A stretch of DNA of 64,000 nucleotides, taken from NCBI GenBank assembly GCA_008632985.1, contig QPGO01000008.1, positions 62,001 through 126,000 on the forward strand, in the 5' to 3' direction. This DNA is from Psammoneis japonica (lineage: Eukaryota). This document shows positions 12,900 through 24,378 of this stretch, in pieces (positions within the stretch are counted from its first letter, which is position 1; the number at the start of each line of letters is the position of its first letter). A program made the translations under genes and the position numbers. Below the pieces are notes generated by a model that was given only the letters and a program-made list of their open reading frames with translations, searched no databases and had not been told where the DNA came from.

Positions 12900-15800
12900 T
12901 CCAAGTGATGGCTTGCTCAAGCTTCAAACATTTGAGTGGAATGGTTGCAATCTGTGATCCCAGTGGTGACTGCCAGGTGATCAATCTTCAGAGTGGCCAG
13001 CCAGTCATTGAGAACATTGCACTCTGTGCCTTTTTTCTCTCTGCGACTGGAGAGAACCTTTGGGGAATTGTCGACACAGCTGGGTCCCTTTGCCTTGCAG
13101 CCTTGACAGCACAGCTGCAATGACTGTCTGCTCTGGCCAAAGAGCATGTGTGCTCTCTGTCATTCAGGGGCACTGGCAGCACTCTTCACCACTGTCAGGG
13201 TCTTTCTTGTTTTTCACAGATTTCAACAAGCCAAAATCAGCTGGTCTGGCATGGCAGGGCAGGGCAGAGCAACCCAAAAAAGGGAGCCAGCAACATCTGC
13301 GCTGGCCCTCCAAGCTCCTGCTGTTGTCTTTCAAGGTCCTTCACTGAATGTGTTCTCAAACAGCACTTCTCACACTCACGGCAGTTGGCCATGCTGAAGA
13401 TTGCTGGAGGCAGACTCAAAAGAAAAAACTCTGTGCTTTGTTTTTGTGCTCAAGGGCTGGTTTGGGATTCAGGGTCAGACCTGATGCACAGTGTGCAATG
13501 CAGGGACATGCAGTCATGAGAGTGTGCAATTGTGCAGACTGTGCATGGCTCAGTGCCAGATGCAGTGCAGCCATGGGCTGCTTTGCCACAACAAAGCAAA
13601 GGCAAACAAACCCCTGTGCACATGCAACTTGAGATGCTTCTCCATTGCATTGCTGCAGCACGGTGTTCAAAAATGCACAATGCAAAGTGCTTTGCTGAGT
13701 TGTCTTGACAATGTGCTTCAGCTGAGCAGAAAACACTCTCTGGACCAAGGAACTGGAAAATTGCATGAGGAGGACTGCTCCAGACATGCAACTTCAGACA
13801 TGGCCAAACAGGTCTCATGGTGAACATGCCATCATTCCCAAACCCTCCTTGCAACCTCTGCATCATCTTTTTTCCATGCCAGCTGGCCCACCTGTCCTTT
13901 TCAAGGTGAGTTGCTTGTGGCGTGGATGTGTCTCATGCATGCTCCTCATCTCTCCAGCTTTTCTTCTCCTTCTTTTTCAGTGCAATTGTGGTGCCACACT
14001 TGTCCAATCCTCCTCCAAGAGCAATTCAATGAGAGTCATCAGCTGTTTCATCAATCTTCTCCATGTGCACCTTCAGCTCCTTTTTGAAATTCACAGGGAG
14101 TGCTGGTGGGCAGTTCTGACTGTGTGGCCCAAGGAGCTCAAAATGCCTCAACTTGTTGACCGGTGTCTGCGCACAAGGTGTTGACTTGCCCTTCATCTTC
14201 AAAGGATTTGAGATGGGTGGAGCATGGTGTTCTTGACAAATGTTGCAGCGCAGTGTTGAGACAACAAACAAGTGCTGATCTCATTCAAACAGATGACACG
14301 GCACCGCAGGATCAGGACTTTGGGCATCTTGCCATCATTCAACACAAGAGACATGCAAAATTCTGCACACTGCACAAAGTGCCAAAAAAGGGTGTGCAAT
14401 TTGGGGTTGAGGACGAGTGTGCAGCTGTTGCCCTGTTGGAGTGAGACCCAAACATGTGCCCAGTGTGAGAGCATTGAGAAAAGGGTCAGCCTCCTGCTGC
14501 TGCACCTTGAGTCAAAATTTTTGAGCCTTGCACCCTGTGAGACCCACACTTGGTCAAAATTGTTCAAAGATTGGTGGGACCTGGCACGCCCCTGCCAGCC
14601 CCCCCCAGAGAAAGGCAAGAATTGCTGTCCCCTGCTGCTTTTTTGGCTGATGCCATGTGGGAGCAAAAAGACAAACCAGCATTGCCCATTGTCTCACATG
14701 TTTGAAAATGGAGCAAACTTTTCTCTCCTGACACACTTTTGCCACAGGGGTGAGTTGTTTGAGAGCCAATTTTTGTTGACTGGCTTGAAACTGACATCAA
14801 CTTTCTTCTCTCTGCTCCAGACCCATGCAGGTGTTGGCAGCTTTTGTTGCATCTGAGTGCTGCAGTCAGCAAGTGTGGGTGCTTTTCTTGCACATGGCAT
14901 CACAAAGCTGAGATGGACAGAGAAAGCCAGAGGTGCAAGAGCCAGCTCCTGTTGTCATTTGTGCACAAGCTGTGGGTTGCAGCAGCTGTTTTGTGCAGTG
15001 CTGTGGAAAGCAGTGGCAGTTGCTGGAACAAACCATGATCATGCACTCACATGCTGCCACCAGGACAGATGTCTCATGTGTGGCTGCCAAATGTCAAGAA
15101 CAAGCAACGACCCACACTGAGCTCTGGATGTTGGATGGCACACCCAAGCCCCAGGCAGAACTCTGTGTGACACAGGCCTGCAGAGTTGTGCACGCAAGCT
15201 CCACAGCTCATTTGTTTTGGGTCAGGAATGTGCTTGCATGTGGCACAAGATGACACAACCAAGTTTGCAGCGCAGCTGTGCCTCTTCACACTTGAAATTT
15301 TTTAAAATCTGCCTGTGCACTTCACCACTCTCTCAAGACATTCAAGAGCAGCCATTGAGTGGGCTGCCCCCAACAAGTGCACTGCAAAATGGCACAAAAA
15401 CACTGCCAACATGTGCGCATGTGTGTGTGTGTGTGACGCACAGCACACAAAGCAAAAAAGCACCAATGTTGCAGCCCGGCAGCATGAGGCCTCACACCTT
15501 GACATCCCAAAGCACATTGTTGACTCACGTGCTCTTGCACGGACTTCTTTGTGGCTTTGATTGTGGCAGCACAAGGTCCTGCATGCAGAGCTGGAGCGCA
15601 TTGTTGACTTGTGTGCTCTTGCACTAATTTTTTTGTGGCTTCAATTGTCGCGCTGCACGGCTGGGCTGTGGCCAGCGGCCAGCCCATTTCATGAAAGACA
15701 GCCACCACACCAACTCCTCTTTAAACTGCCAACAGATGCCTCAAGACATCTTGTGAGCAGGTGAGTGGTTGTCGCAAACTTGGCCCATTTTTTGGCTGGT

Positions 15801-16060
15801 GCTCCAACGGACAAAGTGCTTTCTCAACTCATGAAAACCACGGACAAGCGAGCTGCGTGGATGTCAAAAGTTCAGAGAGTGAGAGCTGGGTGGCTTGGCA
15901 ACCGGAGTGAGATTTGTCAGTGAATGATGCTTGATGCCAAAGGGTGTTGCCCCATCCCTGGCTTTGTGGCACAGCACGGCCTTGCATGCATTTGCGTTGT
16001 ATCTGCATTGTGGCATCACAATGACATGAATGTGTGATTGACACATTGATGATGAATGTC
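12900..16060. repeat. TpA- and CpG-depleted degenerate block, probably transposon-derived; includes an 84-bp two-copy repeat at about 15512-15662
   Basis: About three TA dinucleotides by eye in 12950-15950. Spurious six-frame ORFs lacking Tyr. Confidence 0.6.
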
Positions 16061-16264
16061 TGTCCAGATGCCGTGTTTTCGCGCGATCAAGGCATGTTCG
16101 CGACGACTCACTCTACCGGTACATCATTTTCTCGTAGGAATTTGCGTACGTAGGAATCTACCTGAATTTGACGAATAAAACATCACACGCGCGCTCTCAT
16201 CCACAAAAAAACAGGAGCGGCACATCACTCAAAACGTGTGTGGAAGACTTGTGACGACGCGACC

Positions 16265-16714
16265 ATGACGAGAAATTTGCTGTTGCTAATTGCATTCTCG
16301 GTAGTAGCTTCTACCGTTGCATTCATCCCGACATCGCCAGTGTTTGGTGTCCCTCCAAAACAGAGCAGGTGAGTACGGTACCATCGTGCGAGGCCGTCAT
16401 GGCGACGCGATGAGTCAAAGGCTTCGGTCGCTCGTTCGTCACTGATGGATGTCTGACTGACGTACGTGTGGATACCAACCCATCACTTTTTTTGTTCCAC
16501 TTTCTTGCTCACAACTTCAAACTGTTGCAGCGTTTGCTTCGCAAAGCATGTTCAAAAAAAGGCTGCGAAGTGGGCGGCAGCGAAGAGACCCCGCAAGAGT
16601 AGACCGAGTGATATCAATCGCAAACCTGTTGTGTACGAACTCACCTCGGTGGTGAAGCCTCCGGAATACACGATTTCTGATGAACCCGCCGAGTCCGTTA
16701 GTAAGGAGGACTAA
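16265..16714 (+). CDS. PSRP6: Plastid-specific 50S ribosomal protein 6 (cL38)-like, with bipartite presequence
   Basis: Exon 16265-16368 (MTRNLLLLIAFSVVASTVA-FIP, ASAF-like) and exon 16531-16714. KKAAKWAAAKRPRKSRPSDINRKPVVY resembles the PSRP6 core as recalled from plants. Confidence 0.65.
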
Positions 16715-17179
16715 GGAACTTCCTTCTCACGGTTTGACGGAGGTGGGAGAAGTTGGGCTTTCCTGAATGAGAATGATGCTTCGACTGGAGGTTTCAAGTG
16801 CAATCGTTTTTGCTGGCATCAAATAATGAAGGTCGCATTTGCTTTCGTATTTCGGTCAACAGATTTGATAGTAGCTGTTAGAAAATGTGAAGTGTTCCTT
16901 CAGTTTCTTGTCTTGCAGTTCGCTGTGTAGCTACTTATGAAATGTGGCGTGTATCTATGTAGCGATATGTACCGAAGACAGCGACTTCCAATCCGTGCTG
17001 TGATTTCGAGAATGGTCTACTACAGTATTACCGTACTTTTGTGTCAAATTGACCCAAACCCAAATACCACCTAATCAACACAAATTTTAAACATTCTTTA
17101 ACTGTACGATTACTTGAATCCCCATCCTCCCGCCATGTCCGGATGGTTGCAATGATAGTATGGAATTCTCCCCCCTACC

Positions 17180-19222
17180 TTACACAACATCTGGCTGAGC
17201 CGCTTTATCTGGATTCGCGTCACACGTTGCCTCCCGGGGGCACTGCCAATCTTTACACCATTTACCGTACCCACCTTCCTCGTAGCATCCCTTCCTGCAG
17301 CACCTGTAACGGCTTGCTTTCTGCCTGCAAGTGGACTCTTCAGGGCAAGCGTGTCCATCGCACCATGAGTCTGAGTTAGTTGTGTAGCACCCCTTACGGT
17401 GACACTGAGTACACATGTATTTGGGGTCACACTGGTCAAGCGGCAGGCACCTCATTGAAGCACAATCAGGAGACTTCTTATCTGCGCGGTTCGTGTAGCA
17501 ATACTTGCCGAGACATTCGGAGCAGCTAGCCGGTCTACCATCATCAGCTCTCGCGTTGAAACAGTCAAGTGGGCACTCCCAGTCATCACACCAACTTGAT
17601 TCATCACCGGGAGTAAAGCAATTCTTCTTCTTGCACTTTCTGCAACTGGCAAGTTTGGGACAGTCGGCTTCCTTCGGAAACTCGTTCTCCTTACACCAAT
17701 CAGAGGCATCTCTACGAGACCAACACTTCTCGCGACGCGCGACACTACAAACGGCTTTAGGTGGACACAAATTCTTGTCTTTGCAAGTGAATTTAGTGCA
17801 TGCCGCTGATGGGCCTCTGATAGCATAGCAGTTATCTTCGTAGCACTCCTGACAAGTCTTCTCTGGAAGACGCGACGGCGGAGGTGGCGGCGGCGACGGG
17901 GGGGAAGGGGTCTTGGGGTTAATATCCAGCGCACTTGGGGTCGAAGGGGTTCCGCTGCTGCTTGAATCACCACCGCTACTGGATCCACCACTGCTGGAGC
18001 CTGAGCCAGAACCACCACCGCCGCCGCCGCTGGATCCACCGCCGCTGGACCCGGAACCGGAGCCTTTGTCTTTGGTGCCGCCACCGCTGCTGGATCCACC
18101 GGTTCCGCCACCACTGCTGGATCCAGAACCGGAGCCTTTGTCTTTGGTGCCGCCACCGCTGCTGGATCCACCACCGGTTCCGCCACCACTGCTGGATCCA
18201 GAGCCGGAGCCTTTGTCTTTGGTGCCGCCACCGCTGCTGGATCCAGGACCGGAGCCTTTGTCTTTGGTGCCACCACTGCTGCTGGATCCACCACCGGTTC
18301 CGCCACCACTGCTGGATCCGCCACCGCTGCTGGATCCACCACCGGAGCCTTTGTCTTTGGCGCCACCACCACTGCTGGATCCACCACCGGTTCCACCACC
18401 GCTGCTGGATCCAGAACCGGGGCCTTTGTCTTTGGTGCCGCCACCGCTACTGGATCCACCACCGGTTCCGCCACCGCTGCTAGATCCACCACCGGAGCCT
18501 TTATCTTTGGTGCCACCACCGCTACTGGATCCAGAGCCGGAGCCTTTGTCTTTGGTGCCACCACCGCTACTGGATCCAGAACCGGAGCTTGAACCGGAAC
18601 CAGCTGGACCATGCGTAGTCTTGTAGGTGTCAGGAGCAACTCGATTCGCAGGACCTGGACCTGGGCGAGGTGCCGCTCGATTTGCAGGCCCCGGTACATG
18701 GCCACCACCGCTACTAGATCCAGAACCGGATCCAGAGCCGGAACCCGATCCAGAACCAGCTGGACCATACGAAGTTTTGTAGGCGTCAGGAGCAACTCGA
18801 TTCGCAGGCCCTGGACCTGGGCGAGGTGCCACTCGATTTACAGGCCCCGGTACATGCCCCCCACCGCTACTAGATCCAGAACCGGAACCAGCTGGACCAT
18901 ACGAAGTTTTGTAGGCGTCAGGAGCAACTCGATTCGCAGGCCGTGGAGCAGGGTAAGGTGCAACTCGATGAGCTGGTCCTTGACGAGGGCGAGGGCAAGG
19001 CGTAGTTCTTGTTAGTTTCCGCTCTTCTTGAGCATTTCCAATGCGTTTGCCTTCAATAGGAAGCAAAACAAGATATGAGACACATGAACCACGGAATACT
19101 CACTCCCCCAACCTTAAATTCACGAGGTTTTTGGAGAAGTCAAACAGCCTACCTTGCGCAACACTCGATAGCGAGAGAATCCCGATCGAAGCAGCCAAGA
19201 TCCACTTTCGATAGGTAGACAT
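17180..19222 (-). CDS. Secreted Gly/Ser-repeat protein with poly-Pro hinge and tandem C-terminal Cys modules
   Basis: Signal MSTYRKWILAASIGILSLSSVAQG; intron; GPANRVAP and GSGSSSGGGTKDK repeats; CQECYEDNCY, CRKCKKKNCF, CSECLGKYCY, CTQCHRKGCY. The 3' end may extend to 17110. Confidence 0.78.
17960..18975. repeat. Coding minisatellite (CTGGATCCA-containing Gly/Ser units and longer NRVAPDAYKTSYGPAG units)
   Basis: Near-identical units such as GCTGCTGGATCCAGAACCGGAGCCTTTGTCTTTGGTGCC recur many times. Confidence 0.9.
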
Positions 19223-19981
19223 CGTCTGATCAACGGGTAAAACAGTGACTGTGTGACCGGTGGGTGTCAATGTGCAGAAAAACGGGTGAAGCTGCAAATT
19301 GTGAGAGGGTGCTGGAGACACGGCAAAACGCAAATCGCGATCGAAATGTCTGTGACCCAGTTTACGACTACTAGGTATCAACAGCACGTAAGACCTCACG
19401 TAGACAAACACATAAGCCCGTTGTCATAACATGACATATATGCCCCACCGCAGGAAAATATTTAGAAAAGATGTCATGTCATATGACTGGCATGCGACTC
19501 CAAGGATGACTCGATGAAAGGGGCTTATCTCGAAGGCCATAAAATGCCAAAAAAATCCCGCTATCCGGTACCCTACTATACTCTCTGTTCTCTAGCTAGA
19601 GAGTAGAGTAGAGAACCTATCTACGAGTGTGCTATAGATCACTCCCAAGTTGGGAGGTGAAGCTAGATGCTAGCCATTACAGTAAAGAGGTACTTCTCTA
19701 GTAGCTAGAGTATCTCACCAAGCTACCATGCTACCGGCACCATGGATTTAGTTTATTCTACACTGTAGAGCAGATAGATTAAACACACGAGAATGGCTGT
19801 GGTCTGTCCCCCAAATTTCGAATTTAACATTACATAGAAACACACCACAACGCGTGACGCGGCATATAGTTGATTCAAATACGTATCAAAGCGCTTTCGA
19901 GAACTAGAGATGTCTTAAGCGGCGCTTACAAAATTTCTTCTCTAGAGAGAGAAGTCACTATGCAGATTGCGCTGACTATCT

Positions 19982-22900
19982 CTAGCGCCGCCTCAATACC
20001 TTGGCCTTGACGCTTCTCAACATCCGTCCTCTCGAGTCTAGTACAATATTTACAATGTTGGCTTCTTCTGACACCCTCTCCAGCTGGTTGCCTTGTGTGT
20101 TTGCATCTCCAGCTGGTAAAGATGGAATTTCAATGGTCGTGTTTCTGTCGAAAAACAAAAGCTCGTAGCCGTTGATGTAGTTCACTCTTACTCTCACGAT
20201 CGACTTCACACCATCTGCGAACGCAGCAGCCGCTTTCTTGTAATCCCCATTCACTTGATTTGTTCGGTAAAGACCAGGTGGACCTGAACGGGGTTTGTCC
20301 AATATAACTGCACCACTCTTAGACCCCCGTTTTAGCTGGACGCTTAATAGAATTGGATCAGTCACATGGATGTACTTGGAGGTTTCACCTTGAGGTCCAA
20401 CCTTAATGGATTGCTTTGGCTCGGGATCGTAGTTGAAGCTTCCATAGTTTTGATAATCAAACTTGCGGCAGAAGTTCAGCAAATACCCAGGGGAAAAATC
20501 AAACGCCTTGCAGTATGAGGGGAATTCTTTCGTCAAAGCTTGATATGTACAGCACGTGTAACGACTGTTGACAGCGCCAACAGGGTTGCGTAGAATGTCC
20601 ATGTATGACGACTCTGCGACAAAGAAATTCCCATTTCGACAGCCTGGTTCACACTTTACTTTGTTGTAGTCATCAAGCTCACGTCCTATGAGGTCTTCCC
20701 ACTTTGAGCATTCATTTGTAGAAGCGCAGTTTGGATCTTTGTCCGTCCCTGGTCCATAGCTGTATTCGTCGGTCAACTCAAATAACGAGTGGCCCAACTC
20801 ATGAACTGCCACCAGTGCTCCCTGTGGGTGTGTCGACATAGTCGCCAAGTTCTGGAATGTGTAACCAGCGCCACCATACCTAGGGAAACGAATGACGACC
20901 ATCATAGTTGGTTCAAGGCGAAACGATATTATGATCAAAGCAAAGCGACAAAAATACTTACCTATCATCGTTGTGTATGACAACGGTTTGAAGGTTTGCT
21001 CCCTCTGGGAAGCATCGAGATGACAATGCTTGAGCCACTATAGGCTCGCAGCAAAGCAATCGTCCGATGCCACCACAATCGTAATCGCAAAATGACCTCT
21101 GGTGAACCCTAGGGCTCACATAAAACACATTGAGCTGATTTATGCTCTCGTCAAACATTTTGTAGCCTTTGAAGATAGAATACGTTTTGTTGACCTCATT
21201 TCTCCACTTGTCATCTGTTTCGAAGCCTGACCCAACAAATACCAGATTTATTTTGTTTCGGTCGAATGAACTTCCAAACGTGTGCTTGACGGGATAACAG
21301 TCTCGCGATGCCATGCAAGCACCATTGCGACAAGTGCCAGATATGCACTCGAGATCAGTAGAGCATGTCATTCCTGTGTCAAGCGATGACGGAGAACTTG
21401 TAGGCTTCACTGAAAATTGTGCTTGAGATGTGGGTGACAGGGTCGGATCGCTTCTTGGCAATGGCGCTGTAGTCGAAACTTTAGGCTTGTCTGTGGTTAA
21501 TTGTGCGGAAATAAGCTTGTATGTTGGACAATTTATCATGGAAGAACAGTCAAACTTCGCGCACCGGATCCTGTTGGCGGGTGTCTCGGCCGTAAAACAT
21601 CCTAGACGATCACATTTCCGACACATTTTTCTGTAGTCTGCGATCGTTGATGGAGTCTTGGTCAGAATATTATATGAAGGTGCTTGCGTTGAAACTGATG
21701 GTGCTGGAGTTTGTGGAGGAGCTAACGTAGGCATCGATGTGACTGGTTTCGTTGCCCCTCCAGTTGGGTTTGGAGTTGACGAAGCTTCTGATGAATCCAG
21801 TGGTGAACTTGATAACAGGCTCGGTTCATTTGTCGGCGTAGGTGTAGGTGCTTTTGTTGGCTTCAGTGAAGGAAACGGACTAGGTCCAGCTGTAGGAGAC
21901 GAAGTAGGCGAAGAAGTCGGTGATTGTGTTGGCGTCCGAGTAGCTGCGACCGTAGGTTGTAGAGTAGATCCAGCTGTCGGAGCTGAAGTAGGCGAAACCG
22001 TCGGTGCTTGTGTTGGCGTCGGCGTAGCTGCCACTGTAGGTTGTGGAGTAGATCTAGCTGTCGGAGCTGAACTAGGTGAAACCGTCGGTGCTTGTGTTGG
22101 CGTCGGCGTAGCTGCCACCGTAGGTTGTGGAGAGGGCGCCGGAGTTGGCGTCGGAGTAGCTACGGCCGTAGGGTGTGGAGAGGGTGAGGGAGTTGGTGAA
22201 GACGTCGGTGCTTGTGTTGGCGTCAGAGTAGCTGCTACCGTAGGTTGTGGAGATGGTGCTTCAGTCGGCATCGGAGTAGCTATGGCCCTAGGTTCTGGAG
22301 AGGGTGGTGGCGTCGGCTTCTCTGTAGGGCTCGTCGTTGGAACATCTTCCAAAGAACAAGAGCAAATATTGTCGTCCAACCTGCTACTACAGTATCCGAC
22401 TCCCGTGGACAAACAAGACTTGCCGTCATTATGCTCCGCGCGATAGCATGTTCCACCGAGACGTCTACAATAAGTGTTGCAACTCTCACCCCCCAACTCA
22501 ACAAAAAACATACATCTTGTTGATGTTTCCTCGCATACAAGAATATCACTGCCATATTGGGTGGTGCATCGTGTTGGCCGTGGTGGAGCTCTAGGCGGCG
22601 GGTCGTAGCCTCGAGAACATGTGCACGTATTTGTTAGGAACGGGACGTTACAGAAGTTTGTGCCTTGAGTTCTGCAACTGTTACCGTCGTTTGAATGCGA
22701 GTACAAACAAATTCCTCCGTGATCCTCACAAAAGTCATCGCATGTATCACCGTTCAACCTGACGTTGTAGGTGCATTCCGACTCAGTTTGGCGGCAGAAC
22801 CGAGCCCTTCTTCCATACTGTTCAGTACAAGAAGTCTTTTCGATTAAGGGGGTGGGTGGAGGCGTAGGGCGTGTTTTTTGGATTGGTTTTGTCGTTTGAG

Positions 22901-23304
22901 AGGGAGTCGCTTTGGGGGTGTCTCCTCCATTTCCTGGGGCTGGTGTTGGAGTTAGTGAATCATCCGAGAATGGAGCTCCAGACTGGCAACCTGGTAGATC
23001 CCTGCATTTCGCTCTTGTGCAGAGGTCTTTTGTATTTCCGGTTGGATTCTGAAAACATCCAGCAACGTAGCATTTCGTGCAGTGGGAACATTCTTCTTGA
23101 TCCATTGCTGTTTGGTGTCGGACGCAGTCGTTGATCATCTGTCCGTAATCAACAGGCCCACCTTAAAATAACACACGTGAACAACAGATTACGATATCAG
23201 AATGATGTAAGGTCAATTACAATAAAAAAGCCTTAGCGACAGTGCTAACCTTGAGTGACGGAAATCAGAGCAAGTAATGCGAGTGGTCCTAGAGCGTTCA
23301 TCAT
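19982..23304 (-). CDS. Secreted peptidase-M64-like metalloprotease, paralog 2; spliced
   Basis: Signal exon MMNALGPLALLALISVTQ; Cys modules; Pro/Thr stalk; KINLVFVGSGF; HELGHSLFELTDEY. Confidence 0.85.
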
Positions 23305-23496
23305 GAAAAAGTTTCGTAGAGACTTGGCTCTATGGTTAGAATGGAATTTGCTCGATGGCATTTCGTCGCTGATGGTGTTAACAGTCGCAGGTTTGCGTTG
23401 GGGACGCTCTTGATAAAAACGGGATCCGACGTGTAATAGTTAGCTACCGGTACATGAGATACGGTTTAGCAAGCAGTCTCACATTTTTTTAGTTTG

Positions 23497-23950
23497 TGAC
23501 CGGCGGGTCCGTGAATGACTCCATCGTTCCAATAGGAATCATTCGAAAATGTCGCATGAGTCATAATTAATATTTTACATAGGGAAAAACACAAAATTGT
23601 GTAGAAATGTACACAATGTCATACGAGAGAGTGATTAGAGCTAATAACTTTTCGGGAACTGAATTGAAATGCTATCTGATCGACGGTACTATTGGCCTTC
23701 ACTATGTGAATCAAAATACCGTCGATCAGATAGCATTTCAATTGATTTCCCGAGAAGTTGATATTCATATACGGACTGATGGACAGACTCATTATAATTA
23801 TTTTTGGTACTGTCCTACACAATTTCTACGTGATGACTCTGAGGACCCGAATGATTCCTATTGGTCCACGAAACACAAGGGCGATGACCGAAATTTTATC
23901 ATTTCTACGGGCTTAAACATTACGGCCCTATTTCTTTGTTTCTAACCGGT
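23497..23950. repeat. AT-rich nested inverted-repeat (foldback/MITE-like) element; outer ends approximate
   Basis: Perfect inverted pairs: 23662-23688/23717-23743 (27 bp), 23594-23604/23815-23825 (11 bp) and 23529-23545/23848-23864 (17 bp), all around one centre near 23700. Confidence 0.75.
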
Positions 23951-24378
23951 CTTTTACCTGTATGTAAATCTAAGGGCTTATGTTCAAGTTCGTACCGTCT
24001 GCCTCCATGTGTGTCTACGTACGTACCGTGCGTACGTCCATGTCCGTCATTACTACGCTATGTACGGTACCGGTATGTACTTCTACCGGTGTGACTTTTC
24101 CGCGCGCTGACCAGTACTAAACGAATTCCAGAGTCAATCAGTCGAGGCCTCATTGATCATCGCTCTCGCACCTCGACGCCCGCTCCAACCCAATCCTTGA
24201 ACCTCATGATGTGATGACAGTGATGATACACGATGCATGCACAATGCCGCCGTCAACAAAGCGCTTGTACTTCCGTCAACAAAGCGCTTGCACTTGAATT
24301 TACGCTCAGAGAGCGACTGGTATCGACGTTTAAGAGAACGTCACCGATTAATGAGCCTTACCGTACCACATCTCAGAT

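Noticed and set aside
8563..16046. Dozens of overlapping Cys/His-rich ORFs, also at 48-49 kb and 54-56 kb, as novel small proteins
   Set aside because: They occur in all six frames, almost entirely lack Tyr, and follow from the loss of TAA/TAG in TA-depleted DNA.
17452..18795. Alternative-frame ORFs over the Gly/Ser repeat (447 aa, 237 aa, 182 aa) and antisense Val/Gly ORFs over the Pro/Thr stalks
   Set aside because: These are shadow frames of repetitive coding sequence.
17960..18975. CRISPR-like array
   Set aside because: The repeats are in-frame coding units without unique spacers, there are no cas genes, and the context is eukaryotic.
24250..24295. 23-bp two-copy repeat CCGTCAACAAAGCGCTTG[TC]ACTT
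   Set aside because: Ordinary small local duplication with no further structure.
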